From positions 1 to 59,561 of the forward strand of contig DATKQU010000209.1 in assembly GCA_035532595.1 (NCBI GenBank): a stretch of DNA of 59,561 nucleotides, in the 5' to 3' direction. Source of the DNA: Terriglobia bacterium. Its GTDB lineage: Bacteria > Acidobacteriota > Terriglobia > UBA7540. Shown one piece after another: positions 30,312-40,331 of this stretch. The translations under genes were made by a program, and so were the position numbers. Every line of letters starts with the position of its first letter. Positions within the stretch are counted from its first letter, which is position 1. Under the pieces are notes generated by a model. That model did not search any database. It saw nothing but the letters and a program-made list of their open reading frames with translations, and was not told where the DNA came from.

Positions 30312-30805
30312 GATTGCGAATCTCACCACCGGAACACGGAACATGGCAACTGCCTCGAAGCAAGGCCGCAAGGACCCGCCTGGCGATTATTCGGGCCGAA
30401 TACAACAGCGAGATCACCCGGAGCCTGGAAAAGAAGTGCGTGGAGAGCCTGATCGCAGCCGGAATCGCGCCGAAGAATATTAGCGTATACACCGTTCCCG
30501 GATGTTTCGAGATTCCGATCCTCGCTCAGAAATTGGCGGCCCATAAACGCTACGACGCGATGATTGCGCTGGGGGCCGTGATTCGCGGGGATACTTACCA
30601 CTTCGAACTGGTGGTGAACGGATGCGCGCAAGGCATCATGGAAGTTTCGCTGCGCCACAACGTGCCGATTATTTTTGAAGTTTTGGCAACCTACAACCGC
30701 CGCGACGCTCTGCGCCGCGCCGGGAACAATGACCTCAATAAGGGAATCGAGGCGGCCCGGTCGGCGCTTTCCTTGCTAGCCACGCTGAGCGAGATTAAGG
30801 ACTGA
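30308..30805 (+). CDS. ribH: 6,7-dimethyl-8-ribityllumazine synthase
   Basis: RLAIIRAEYNSEIT, VPGCFEIP, ALGAVIRGDTYHFE motifs. ATGA overlap with ribE. Confidence 0.9.
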   Translation: MRLRISPPEHGTWQLPRSKAARTRLAIIRAEYNSEITRSLEKKCVESLIAAGIAPKNISVYTVPGCFEIPILAQKLAAHKRYDAMIALGAVIRGDTYHFELVVNGCAQGIMEVSLRHNVPIIFEVLATYNRRDALRRAGNNDLNKGIEAARSALSLLATLSEIKD

Positions 30806-30814
30806 AAGGGACCC

Positions 30815-32029
30815 ATGTCGCAATTTGTCAGTGTCGAGGAAGCAATACAGGAAATACGGCGCGGCCGGCTGGTGATCGTGCGCGACAGCCTGGAGCGTGA
30901 AAACGAGGCGGATCTGGTCATGGCGGCGGAAAAGCTCACTCCCGCCCACATGAACTTCATGATCAAACACGGCGGAGGGCTCATCTGCGCGGCCCTGACG
31001 CGCGAGCGCGCCATGAAGCTGGGGCTCCCGCCAATGGTGACGGCAGATGAAAACTCCACGCCCTTCGGCTGCGATTTCACCGTATCGGTTGACGCGCGCA
31101 AAGGAATCACCACTGGGATCTCGGCCGAAGACCGCGCGGTCGCGGTCCGTTTGTTGGCGTCGCCCCGAACTCGGTCTTTCGATCTGATTCGTCCGGGTCA
31201 CGTTTTCCCCATCCGGGCGCGAGCGGGAGGCGTGCTGGCGAGAGCCGGTCACACCGAGGCGGCGGTTGACTTGGCGCGCCTGGCGGGGCTGAAGCCGGTG
31301 GGCGTCATGTGTGAGGTTTTAGATGAGGATGGCAAGGCCGCCCAAACGCGCAGCATTGAAAAACTGGCCCGGCGGTATCACCTGAAGGTCCTGAGCATCG
31401 AACAGCTGATCGACTATCGGCGATACCGGGAAAAGCTGGTCGAGCGGGTTGCCAGCGCCCAGTTACCCACCGAATACGGAGCTTTCACCGTACACGTTTA
31501 CGAGTGCCCTTCCCAAAACCGGGAGCACTTGGCCTTAGTCAAGGGGAAGATCTCTCCCGACCGTCCCGTCCTGGTTCGGGTTCATTCGCAGTGTCTGACC
31601 GGGGACACGCTTCACTCCATCCGGTGCGATTGCCGCGATCAGCTTGCGACGGCCATGAAGGAAATCGGCCAGAAAGGTGAGGGCGTGCTTGTGTACCTCA
31701 GCCAGGAGGGGCGCGGCATCGGATTGGCCAACAAGATTCGCGCCTACGCCCTTCAAGATAAGGGGTTGGACACTGTGCAGGCGAACGAGCGACTGGGCTT
31801 TCCTGCCGACATGCGTGATTACTCGGTGGGAGCCCAGATTCTGGCGGACCTGGGTGTTCACAAGATTAATCTGCTCACCAATAATCCCAAAAAGGTTTCG
31901 GGTATCAGACGATACGGACTCCGGATTCTTCGCCGCATCCCTCTGGAAATTCCCCCGACCAAGAGCAATCGCACTTACCTCAAAGTGAAGAAAGACAAGC
32001 TTGGACACCTCTTGAGCAAGGTGCAGTGA
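30815..32029 (+). CDS. ribBA: Bifunctional 3,4-dihydroxy-2-butanone-4-phosphate synthase / GTP cyclohydrolase II
   Basis: DHBPS motif RENEADLV. GCH-II motifs VRVHSQCLTGD and CDCRDQL. Confidence 0.95.
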   Translation: MSQFVSVEEAIQEIRRGRLVIVRDSLERENEADLVMAAEKLTPAHMNFMIKHGGGLICAALTRERAMKLGLPPMVTADENSTPFGCDFTVSVDARKGITTGISAEDRAVAVRLLASPRTRSFDLIRPGHVFPIRARAGGVLARAGHTEAAVDLARLAGLKPVGVMCEVLDEDGKAAQTRSIEKLARRYHLKVLSIEQLIDYRRYREKLVERVASAQLPTEYGAFTVHVYECPSQNREHLALVKGKISPDRPVLVRVHSQCLTGDTLHSIRCDCRDQLATAMKEIGQKGEGVLVYLSQEGRGIGLANKIRAYALQDKGLDTVQANERLGFPADMRDYSVGAQILADLGVHKINLLTNNPKKVSGIRRYGLRILRRIPLEIPPTKSNRTYLKVKKDKLGHLLSKVQ

Positions 32030-32035
32030 CCTCCT

Positions 32036-33139
32036 ATGCCAACTTCTCGCCGTTCCCCTGAGTTTTACATGCGGGAGGCCTTGTGCTTGGCGCGCCGGAG
32101 CCCTGCGTGGCCTTACCCGAATCCCTGGGTCGGCTGCGTGATCGTCCGGGACGGGCGGATCGTAGGGCGAGGGTTTCATCGCGGGATGGGCTCGAACCAC
32201 GCTGAAGTGGAGGCGCTCGCGGAGGCCGGGCCGCGCGCCCGGGGCGCCACTCTTTACGTCACGCTCGAACCCTGCTGCCACTACGGCCATACTCCGCCTT
32301 GCACGGAGGCCATCCTCAAGTCCGGAATCCGCGAAGTCTGCTATGCGTTAAAGGATCCCAACCCTCTGGTCGCCGGCGAAAGCGCCAGGATCCTGCGCGC
32401 TCACGGATTGCAAGTGAGCCGGGGTCTTTGCTCGCCGGAGGCGGCTGCCTTGAACGAAGTATATTTGAAGTTTCGAGCTGCCGGCATGCCTTTCGTAACC
32501 GTCAAAGTAGCGACCAGCCTGGACGGTAAAATCGCCACACGGACCGGACAATCCAAGTGGATCACGGATGCCCTGGCCCGGCAGTGTGCAAGGCAACTGC
32601 GTACACAGCACCAAGCGATCCTAGTCGGGATCAACACGATTCTTGCCGACAATCCTCACCTTGGTCCCCGAACGCCAGGCGCCCCTGAACCCTGGAGGAT
32701 CGTTCTCGACTCCCACTTGCGGATTCCGCCGGGATCCGAAGTTTTGAAATCGAAGAAATGCATCGTGGCGTGCACAGCGGGAGCCCTATCCCGGAAGAAA
32801 GCCCAGTTGGAACGCTGCGGAGTGAACGTGATGGCCTTCAAAGGAAAAAGAGTGCCTTTGAAACCGTTGCTGTCCGCGCTGGCCCGGCAGGGGATTATCA
32901 GTCTGATGGTTGAAGGCGGAGGCGAGGTCCTGGGAAGTTTCTTCGACATGCGGCTGGTGGACAGGGTCTACTGGTTCATCTCACCGGTCATTATAGGTTC
33001 TTCGCAAAGTCGTGTGGCTGTTGCGGGAACCGGCGCCGCCCGGCTTGCCGAAGCCAGTTGGCTGCGCAGCAGCAGCATCTCCCCAGCAGGGAATTCCTGG
33101 CTGGTCCGGGGGAATTTGTCTCCCTGGGCCCTGGACTAA
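32036..33139 (+). CDS. ribD: Bifunctional riboflavin deaminase/reductase
   Basis: Deaminase zinc motifs HAEVEAL and LEPCCHYGHTPPC. C-terminal RibD reductase domain. Confidence 0.95.
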   Translation: MPTSRRSPEFYMREALCLARRSPAWPYPNPWVGCVIVRDGRIVGRGFHRGMGSNHAEVEALAEAGPRARGATLYVTLEPCCHYGHTPPCTEAILKSGIREVCYALKDPNPLVAGESARILRAHGLQVSRGLCSPEAAALNEVYLKFRAAGMPFVTVKVATSLDGKIATRTGQSKWITDALARQCARQLRTQHQAILVGINTILADNPHLGPRTPGAPEPWRIVLDSHLRIPPGSEVLKSKKCIVACTAGALSRKKAQLERCGVNVMAFKGKRVPLKPLLSALARQGIISLMVEGGGEVLGSFFDMRLVDRVYWFISPVIIGSSQSRVAVAGTGAARLAEASWLRSSSISPAGNSWLVRGNLSPWALD

Positions 33140-33349
33140 AAGCTCCAGAGCATCGTCTTGTCCTTTGATCCATAGCGCATCGCTGGCCTCGCCTTTTGGT
33201 CAGCACTCCTGCTCGGGTGGATTCGCCCACTCCACGCCTTGATTTACAGTTTTCGCATACATTCTCGCATTTCTGGGCAACCATCTGACAATGCGCCAGC
33301 CTCATAGTTAATAGAAGTTAGAATTTTAATTGGGAGGTTGATCTTTTAT

Positions 33350-33739
33350 ATGAGAAGCGAACTTCACGTAAGGCTCATTTCATCGGTGGGCGTTGTTTTT
33401 TTATTCGGGGGAATGGCATTCGCCAAGACCAAGCAAATCGACGTACTCTTCCCCTCAACGGTCGGCAATTCGCTGAAACTACAGCCCGGCAAGTATCGTA
33501 TTGATGTTGCGCAAAATATGAAGAAGTCGGAGGTCAAATTCTATAATCGAAATGGAAATCTGGTGGGCCAAGTTCCCGCCAAGGTGGTTGACAGGACTCA
33601 AAAGAATCACCGAACGCAAATCGATTATGACAAGTTGGCCTCAAACCATGAGGTTCTTACCGAAATCAGCCCGAGGGGCTGGAGAGAAAACTTAGTTTTC
33701 AATCACCCGGGCGCAAATCAGAAGACAGCCAGAGAATAG
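33350..33739 (+). CDS. Small exported hypothetical protein
   Basis: GGGAGG sits 12 nt upstream of the ATG. Signal LISSVGVVFLFGGMAFA. The track TTG start at 33338 lies directly against the RBS. Confidence 0.5.
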   Translation: MRSELHVRLISSVGVVFLFGGMAFAKTKQIDVLFPSTVGNSLKLQPGKYRIDVAQNMKKSEVKFYNRNGNLVGQVPAKVVDRTQKNHRTQIDYDKLASNHEVLTEISPRGWRENLVFNHPGANQKTARE

Positions 33740-33748
33740 TGAAGAATG

Positions 33749-33790
33749 GAGTCCCAGAGTCACGGCAAGTGACCCTGGGACTCATTCTTT
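33749..33790. terminator. Hairpin terminator between convergent genes
   Basis: GAGTCCCAGAGTCAC-GGCAA-GTGACCCTGGGACTC followed by ATTCTTT. Lies between the 33739 (+) and 33882 (-) gene ends. Confidence 0.5.
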
Positions 33791-33881
33791 AGGGCGGGGC
33801 GATGCCCAAAGCGCTCAAGGCACTCTCCGCATCTCCGCCCGCGACTATCGAGGCGGGCTCTTTGAACGGGCAAGAGCAAAC

Positions 33882-35312
33882 CTAAGACCGCAGGCGGTTC
33901 ATGCCGTCAAAGGCGGCGTTTTTATAGCATTCGGCAAGGGTCGGGTAATTGAAGACTGTGTTAACGAAATAATCGATCTGTCCGCCAAAGGCGAGAACGG
34001 CCTGGCCGATGTGCACCAGGTCGCTCGCCCCCTCGCCGATAATGTGAACTCCCAGCAAGTCGCGAGTCTCAAGGTGAAAGATCAGCTTCAGCAGGCCCGT
34101 GACATCGCCAATGATCTGGCCTCGCGCGGTTTCCTTGTACTGAGCTTTGCCCACTTCATAGGGGACTCCCTGCTGGGACAGTTCTTCTTCGTTGCGCCCC
34201 ACCATGGAGATCTCAGGAATCGTGTAAATCCCGTAGGGGAACAATTCCCGCACGCTGGCCGCCTCAACGCCAAAAGCGTGGCACGCCGCCAGTCTTCCCT
34301 GCTCCATGGAAATCGAGGCCAGGCTGGGAAAGCCGATGACATCGCCGACGGCGTAGATATGCGGCGCCGCGGTCTGGTAATGTTCGTTCACTTTCAGCCG
34401 GCCCCGCTCATCGGCGGAAAGGGCCGCCGCCTCGAGCTTGAGCCGGTCGGTCGCGCCCGTGCGGCCGATGCTGTAGAGAGCCTTCTCGGTGACAATCTGC
34501 TTGCCGCTTGAAAGGTGAATCGTCACCCCGCCGCCGTGGTCATTATCGTAGGGCTCGATCGCCCGAACTTCCTCATGGAGCCACAAGGTCACCCGATTGT
34601 TGCGCATGTGGTAGGCGAGCGTGTCAATGATCTCTGCGTCCACAAAAGGCAGCAGGCGCGGATGCATATCGATCAGCGTAACTCGAACTCCCAGCGCCGC
34701 AAAGATGCTGGCGTATTCGCACCCAATCACTCCCGCCCCGACCACCGTGAGCGTCCGCGGCAAGCGGTCGAGCGTCAGGATTTCATCGCTGGTAAAGATT
34801 CGCTGGCCGTCGAAGGGAATATGCGGGTCTTTCGTGGCCGTGGAGCCCACCGCAATAACAACTTTCTCCGCCGTGACGTCCCGGTACCCTTGCGTCTCAA
34901 CATAATTCAGGCGAACGGTGTGGGGATCGACAAAGGAGGCCTCGGCGTTCACCAGCTCCACCCGGTTTCGAATCAACTGGTTCCGGAACACGTCGATTTC
35001 GTGGCGGATCACGTGTTCTGTGCGAAAGAGCAAGTCCTCTTTCGTAATGTTCTGCTTGACCGTGTAAGATTCCCCGTAGACTTCGTGCTCATGATAACCC
35101 GATAGGTAAAGCACCGCTTCACGCAACGTTTTGCTGGGAATCGTGCCCAGGTTGATGCAGACTCCGCCCACCACTCCTTTGCGCTCAGCAAGCGCAACCT
35201 TCTTAGCCAACTTTGCCGCCTGAATCGCCGCGTGATGGCCCGCGGGACCCGAGCCGATGACCAGGATGTCATAGTCGCAGTTCAGTTCTTCACTCCTCGT
35301 GGCTCTCCACAA
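33882..35312 (-). CDS. sthA: Soluble (Si-specific) pyridine nucleotide transhydrogenase
   Basis: YDILVIGSGPAGHHAA...GGVCINLGTIPSK. Two dinucleotide-binding folds and a dimerisation domain. Confidence 0.9.
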   Translation of the reverse strand: MWRATRSEELNCDYDILVIGSGPAGHHAAIQAAKLAKKVALAERKGVVGGVCINLGTIPSKTLREAVLYLSGYHEHEVYGESYTVKQNITKEDLLFRTEHVIRHEIDVFRNQLIRNRVELVNAEASFVDPHTVRLNYVETQGYRDVTAEKVVIAVGSTATKDPHIPFDGQRIFTSDEILTLDRLPRTLTVVGAGVIGCEYASIFAALGVRVTLIDMHPRLLPFVDAEIIDTLAYHMRNNRVTLWLHEEVRAIEPYDNDHGGGVTIHLSSGKQIVTEKALYSIGRTGATDRLKLEAAALSADERGRLKVNEHYQTAAPHIYAVGDVIGFPSLASISMEQGRLAACHAFGVEAASVRELFPYGIYTIPEISMVGRNEEELSQQGVPYEVGKAQYKETARGQIIGDVTGLLKLIFHLETRDLLGVHIIGEGASDLVHIGQAVLAFGGQIDYFVNTVFNYPTLAECYKNAAFDGMNRLRS

Positions 35313-35530
35313 GAGCCAAAGATTGTTCCGCCCGCCTAACCGTCATTTACAACCGTGACCGGGAAGCAGTCACAAAATAATCAGATTGCTCATGCCGCCC
35401 GGTCCGCTTGTCGCTGGTGGAAACCGTTATTGCAATCACGCATCACAATTGCAGCCCGGAGGTTCAACGGGAATTCCAGTAGGACAGAATTCTTGCTTTT
35501 CTTCAACACTTTTGATACACACAGACCCTC

Positions 35531-37006
35531 ATGGTCAAGGCCAACGATAGCGATTGCCGGTGGAGGGGGATCAGGCTTTTCCTGGCCCTTTCAACCATTC
35601 CCATGATTGTCATCACCCTGCTTCGCATTCACACCTGTTGGAGAAACGACGCCTATCTCGACCAAGTCTCCGGAGTTTGGATTGCCCTGGCCAATGACCT
35701 TTACCACGGGGTCTTTTACCGGCCGCTTTACGGGCCGCTTGGTTACGGCGGAACCCGGTACTTCCCGCTCGTCTTCGTGCTGCACGCCGGGCTCATGAAG
35801 TTGGGCGGCGGTCCCATCCTGACGGGCCACCTTCTTTGCCTCGCCTCGACCCTCGCCTTACTGGCAGGGGTGTATGCGCTCCTGCGAAGTCTGGGCGTTG
35901 ACAAGCTGCTCGCCGCCTGTTCGTCCCTGTTCGTTCTCTGCTCCGAATCAACTCAGTTGGCGCTGCTCGCGATCCGCGGCGATGTCTTGCCCGCGGCGCT
36001 GATCGTCTGGGGGTTTGTAGCGTGTTGCGGACCCACCATCGGCCTCCGCCAATTGATTGTTGCAGCCGCCTTCTTTACTCTCGCTTTTTCCGCGAAGGTC
36101 ACCGCCGCCTATGGCTTGGGCGCTGCGTTCATCTACTTCTGGTTTCGAGGCCAGCGCCGGCAAGCATGGACTCTGGCAGCCTTCGGGGCCGCCGGCTTCA
36201 CGATCGTGCTGGCGGCCATGCTCATCGCAAGCCACGGCCGCGTTTATGAAATTCTGAAATCGTGCGCAACGGCGGGAGCGCCATGGACTGAAATCTTTCT
36301 TGTTCCTCAGCACTTTGCCATGTTTACGGGCGTGGATGATTTGAGCGGATTTCCCTTTCTAATCTTGGCCGCCGCCGCGCTGGTGGCATGGCCGGGACGC
36401 TTCTGGCGGGAGTTGCCGCCGCTTTTTTTCCTGTTCGCCGCAGCCACGATTCTGGTTATTTTCGGCACTCCCGGGGCGGACTACAACCACCTGATCGACC
36501 TCCAGGCCGCCGCCGTTGTTCTGCTTGCAGTCTGGATCTCCCGTTCCGATCCGCAGCCGGCCACCTTTGGAATGGCGGCTCTGGGAATCGCCGCTCTGAT
36601 GGCTGTCTTCCCTGCCGCACGGAATTTACGCCACGGGATCGATACGATTCCACGCCGGGAGGAATTCCAGACCGTACTGCAGACGGTTGGAAACAATCCG
36701 AACCCGATCCTTTCGGGAAACTCCTTGATTCCGGTTCTGGCCGGTCAGACCCCTTACGTTCTCGACCCTTTCATGCTCAGAGCTCTCAGGCTTCACAACC
36801 CTCATTTTGCCGATCCGTTGTGGGAGATGCTCGAGAAGAAGAATTTCAGCGCCGTGGTCACGATCATGGATCCCAATTCCGAGGAAGGGGAAAGCGTCTA
36901 TACGCACGGCTTTTATGGCCCCGGTTTCCGCAAGAAGCTGCTTGAAAACTACAAGTTGTACATGGAAATGAAAGACAACTATATCTTCTTGCCCCGGCAG
37001 CACTGA
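35531..37006 (+). CDS. Polytopic membrane protein, possibly a GT-C-fold glycosyltransferase
   Basis: At least 10 hydrophobic segments and a soluble C-terminal tail. The functional assignment is weak. Confidence 0.55.
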   Translation: MVKANDSDCRWRGIRLFLALSTIPMIVITLLRIHTCWRNDAYLDQVSGVWIALANDLYHGVFYRPLYGPLGYGGTRYFPLVFVLHAGLMKLGGGPILTGHLLCLASTLALLAGVYALLRSLGVDKLLAACSSLFVLCSESTQLALLAIRGDVLPAALIVWGFVACCGPTIGLRQLIVAAAFFTLAFSAKVTAAYGLGAAFIYFWFRGQRRQAWTLAAFGAAGFTIVLAAMLIASHGRVYEILKSCATAGAPWTEIFLVPQHFAMFTGVDDLSGFPFLILAAAALVAWPGRFWRELPPLFFLFAAATILVIFGTPGADYNHLIDLQAAAVVLLAVWISRSDPQPATFGMAALGIAALMAVFPAARNLRHGIDTIPRREEFQTVLQTVGNNPNPILSGNSLIPVLAGQTPYVLDPFMLRALRLHNPHFADPLWEMLEKKNFSAVVTIMDPNSEEGESVYTHGFYGPGFRKKLLENYKLYMEMKDNYIFLPRQH

Positions 37007-37086
37007 GTCTTTCCCCTGGCGCCCGCCCAGCGGAGCATTTCCAGGTGATTCCTTGAAGGGCGTCACGAACAGCGTGCCGGCACGAA

Positions 37087-38553
37087 TTACAATTTCAAGC
37101 TTGCCCAGAGCTTGTCGATTTTCGCTTTGGTTTCCTCGTCCATGACCACCTCGTCGGGCCATGGCCGCGCAAAGCCTTCACTGGGCCACTTGCGCGTGGC
37201 GTCAATCCCCATCTTGGACCCGAAATTGGGCAACCGAGAGGCGTGTTCAAGCTGGTCCACCGGCCCCAGCACGAACTGGATGTCGCGTTCCGGATCGATG
37301 TGGTTCAAAGCTTTCCACGCCACCTCCCGAACGTTGTGGACGTCAACATCGTCATCCACCACAACGATGCACTTGCTGAACATGGCTCCGGGCAATCCCC
37401 AAATCGCGTTCATCACCTTGCGCGCGTGGCCGGGGTAACTCTTGCGGATGGAAACAATCAGCAGGTTGTGAAAGACCCCTTCCACGGGCATGTGCATGTC
37501 CACCACTTCGGGCATCTGCTTGCGCATTAGCGGCAGAAATAAGCGCTCGACGGCATAACCCATCCAATAATCTTCCATGGGCGGAACGCCCACGATGGTG
37601 GAAACATAAATGGGGTCTTTGCGCCGCGTGATGCAAGTCAGATGGAAGGCGGGAAACTTGTCTTCAAGGGAATAGAAGCCGGTATGGTCGCCGAAAGGCC
37701 CTTCCACGCGGATGTCATCCAGGTCAACGTAACCTTCCAGCACAATCTCCGCGTGGGCGGGAACCTCCAGGTCCACGGTTTCACACGCGACCAGTTCCAC
37801 CGGGTCCTTGCGCAGGAAGCCGGCAAAAAGAAACTCATCCAGATCCTCGGGCAGCGGCAGAATTCCCGCGAGCATGGTGATGGGATCGGCGCCGATGGCC
37901 ACAGCCACCTCCAGCCGGCGTCCCTTCCCTTGGCGCTCAAGCCAACGGAAGTGCTCCGCGCCGCCCTTGTGGATTTGCCAGTGCATCCCTGTGGTTCGTT
38001 CGTCATAAACCTGCATGCGATAGCAGCCCACGTTCCGCCGGCCGCTCCGCGGGCTGCGCGTGATGACCATGGGGAAGGTAATAAAGCGCCCGCCATCCTG
38101 CGGCCAGCACTTCATGACAGGGAGATGTGCCAAAGAAAAGTCTTCGCGCTCGATGATCTCCTTGACGGGACCCGTCTTCACGGTCTTGGGAAAAAAGGAT
38201 CCGATCTCGGCCAGCTTGGGCAGCATCTTCATTTTGTCAAGAAGCCCTTCGGGCGGCCGCATTTCAAGCAGGTCTTCGATGCGCCGCGCCACATCTTCCA
38301 GGGAAGAGACGTCGAGCGCCATTTCCATTCTCTTCTTGGAACCCAGCGTGTTGATCAAGAGCGGCATGCGATATGCGAGGGAATCTTTTTGGGAGCGTGG
38401 CTTCTCAAAGAGCAACGCCGGCCCTCCCTGTTTGGACACTCGGTCCGTGATCTCGGTGATTTCAAGGTCCACGTCGACTTCGGCGCTGATCCGCTTCAGT
38501 TCCCGCTCCCGTTCCAATCGCTTGATGAATTCTCGAAGGTCTTTATACGCCAC
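37087..38553 (-). CDS. ubiD: UbiD-family (prenylated-FMN) decarboxylase
   Basis: MAYKDLREFIKRLERERELKRI N-terminus and full-length UbiD-like sequence. Confidence 0.9.
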   Translation of the reverse strand: MAYKDLREFIKRLERERELKRISAEVDVDLEITEITDRVSKQGGPALLFEKPRSQKDSLAYRMPLLINTLGSKKRMEMALDVSSLEDVARRIEDLLEMRPPEGLLDKMKMLPKLAEIGSFFPKTVKTGPVKEIIEREDFSLAHLPVMKCWPQDGGRFITFPMVITRSPRSGRRNVGCYRMQVYDERTTGMHWQIHKGGAEHFRWLERQGKGRRLEVAVAIGADPITMLAGILPLPEDLDEFLFAGFLRKDPVELVACETVDLEVPAHAEIVLEGYVDLDDIRVEGPFGDHTGFYSLEDKFPAFHLTCITRRKDPIYVSTIVGVPPMEDYWMGYAVERLFLPLMRKQMPEVVDMHMPVEGVFHNLLIVSIRKSYPGHARKVMNAIWGLPGAMFSKCIVVVDDDVDVHNVREVAWKALNHIDPERDIQFVLGPVDQLEHASRLPNFGSKMGIDATRKWPSEGFARPWPDEVVMDEETKAKIDKLWASLKL

Positions 38554-38698
38554 GGTTCTCCTCGCCTCGCTTGCAGCGCCGGGCTAGATGCCCGGCATGC
38601 CGCCCTGAAGGGCGGCGCTGCGAACAAAGATGTTTTCCGAATGCAACCCTTGGAAGAATTACAGATCGCGCCCGGCAAATCAAGCTGCGAGCCCGCTG

Positions 38699-38787
38699 GG
38701 TAGTGGGTCGATTTGGCCGGGTAGCGGCAAGTTTACCTCGCCATGTGGCGGCATAAAGCCGCCTCTACGTCAAAATGACCCACTACC
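38699..38787. mobile_element. 89-nt MITE with GGTAGTGGGTC terminal inverted repeats and a perfect 8-bp TSD (GCCCGCTG)
   Basis: GCCCGCTG at 38691..38698 and at 38788..38795 flank the element. The second copy (4 mismatches) is at 52182..52270. Confidence 0.75.
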
Positions 38788-38933
38788 GCCCGCTGAATGA
38801 CGTATTGACAATTTTACCCTTAAGAACTGATACTTGGTTTGCTTAGTTGATGGAAAGAGCAAAGGACGCACAGAAAATCAGGACATTTGACCCCTTGCCG
38901 CTGCGGGAACGCTTCTCCTCCCGGGATTTTTCC

Positions 38934-40331
38934 ATGAAAAGTTACGGGCAAGCCTCTTTGCCGCGAGGGCGCACTGTCACGCTCCGCGTGGTTTTGGGAT
39001 GCCTGTTAACGGTCGTGGCATTCAGCCTCGCTGCCCAGAGCGCTCAAAAGCATCGCACCAGGCAGCATCATACTGCCAAGAAAACCGCTCCCAAGGCAAG
39101 AGTGTCCACCACGCCGGTGCCGCCCGTTCAGGTGTGCGTGGTGGTACGCGGACGGGGAGGCCGGGCGGTCGGAAACTTGCGGAAGAGCGACTTCCGCCTG
39201 TTCGACGACAACAGGATCCAGCACATCGCGGACTTCGGGTCCAATCTGGTTCCCGTGTCCGCTGATCCCATGGTTCCGGGAACGGTCCGTTACACGGCTC
39301 TTTACTTCGATGACCTTCACTACACTTTTACGGACACCATTCGCGCTACGGACAGCGCCTATGCGACCTTCGGGCCAAGGCTCAATCCGCGAAATCAGTT
39401 CGGCATCTTCACGGCCTCCGGCAAAATCACGCTGAACTTTACCGGCGACCGGGAGAAATTTCACAAAGCGTTGCTGGCCATTCGACCCCATCTTCCTTCC
39501 CCGACCATGGCCAAGGCCTGCCCCAAAATTTCCGACTATCAAGCCTACCTGCTTTTTTACCTTCACGACCCCTTGGCGCTGAAAGTCGCCTTCTATGACA
39601 TGCAGCATTGCGGGGGGCCCGACGGCGCCACGGATCCGGTTTCGCCCCGGCCGACTCTGGTTGAAATGAAGCGCATGAAAACCCGCGTCGACGAACAGGC
39701 CGGAAAGGTCATCGCGGAAGATGAAACGCGTTCCACTCAAACGCTTGCCGGGATCGAGCAACTCATCGGCGAGGTGGCCAAGCTTCCGGACCCGCGCACG
39801 ATCATGGTGGCTTCTCCCGGATTTCTGACCGGCACGCTCGGCCGGCGCGTCGATGAATTGTCCCGGCGCGCCACGCAACTCCACGTCATCGTAAATACCT
39901 TAAACACCGCCGGCTACGTCCGGCAGATTCCGCTCCCCGCGTCGCTGGGCCGCGGCCGGCAGGCCGAGGAGGCGGAGGGGATCATCGACGCCAAGAATGA
40001 AATGCGGGCAGACCGCGCGGGCGCGATTTCCGACCCCTTGGCGGATTTGGCCACCATGACCGGCGGCAATTTCGTCACCAATGTCGACGACCTGGATATG
40101 GGATTCAAGATGGCCGCGCCCCTGCCCGAAGCCTACTACGTTCTTGGTTACTTCCCGAACAACCTGCGGCCCAACGGCCGCTTCCACTCCGTGCATGTAA
40201 CGCTGGTCAGGCAATACCGCATGGAGGTCCAAGCCCCCGCGGGATATTTCGCTCCGGGGACGCCGCCCGAGATCGCGGCTTCCTCGCTCCGCGACCGGCA
40301 CGCGCGGCGCCGTCCTCGCCGCCGAAAATGA
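38934..40331 (+). CDS. VWFA-related Acidobacterial-domain protein, exported
   Basis: Start moved to MKSYGQ. TM/signal VVLGCLLTVVAFSLAAQS. N-terminal VCVVVRGRGGRAVGNLRKSDFRLFDD pattern typical of this family. Confidence 0.8.
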   Translation: MKSYGQASLPRGRTVTLRVVLGCLLTVVAFSLAAQSAQKHRTRQHHTAKKTAPKARVSTTPVPPVQVCVVVRGRGGRAVGNLRKSDFRLFDDNRIQHIADFGSNLVPVSADPMVPGTVRYTALYFDDLHYTFTDTIRATDSAYATFGPRLNPRNQFGIFTASGKITLNFTGDREKFHKALLAIRPHLPSPTMAKACPKISDYQAYLLFYLHDPLALKVAFYDMQHCGGPDGATDPVSPRPTLVEMKRMKTRVDEQAGKVIAEDETRSTQTLAGIEQLIGEVAKLPDPRTIMVASPGFLTGTLGRRVDELSRRATQLHVIVNTLNTAGYVRQIPLPASLGRGRQAEEAEGIIDAKNEMRADRAGAISDPLADLATMTGGNFVTNVDDLDMGFKMAAPLPEAYYVLGYFPNNLRPNGRFHSVHVTLVRQYRMEVQAPAGYFAPGTPPEIAASSLRDRHARRRPRRRK

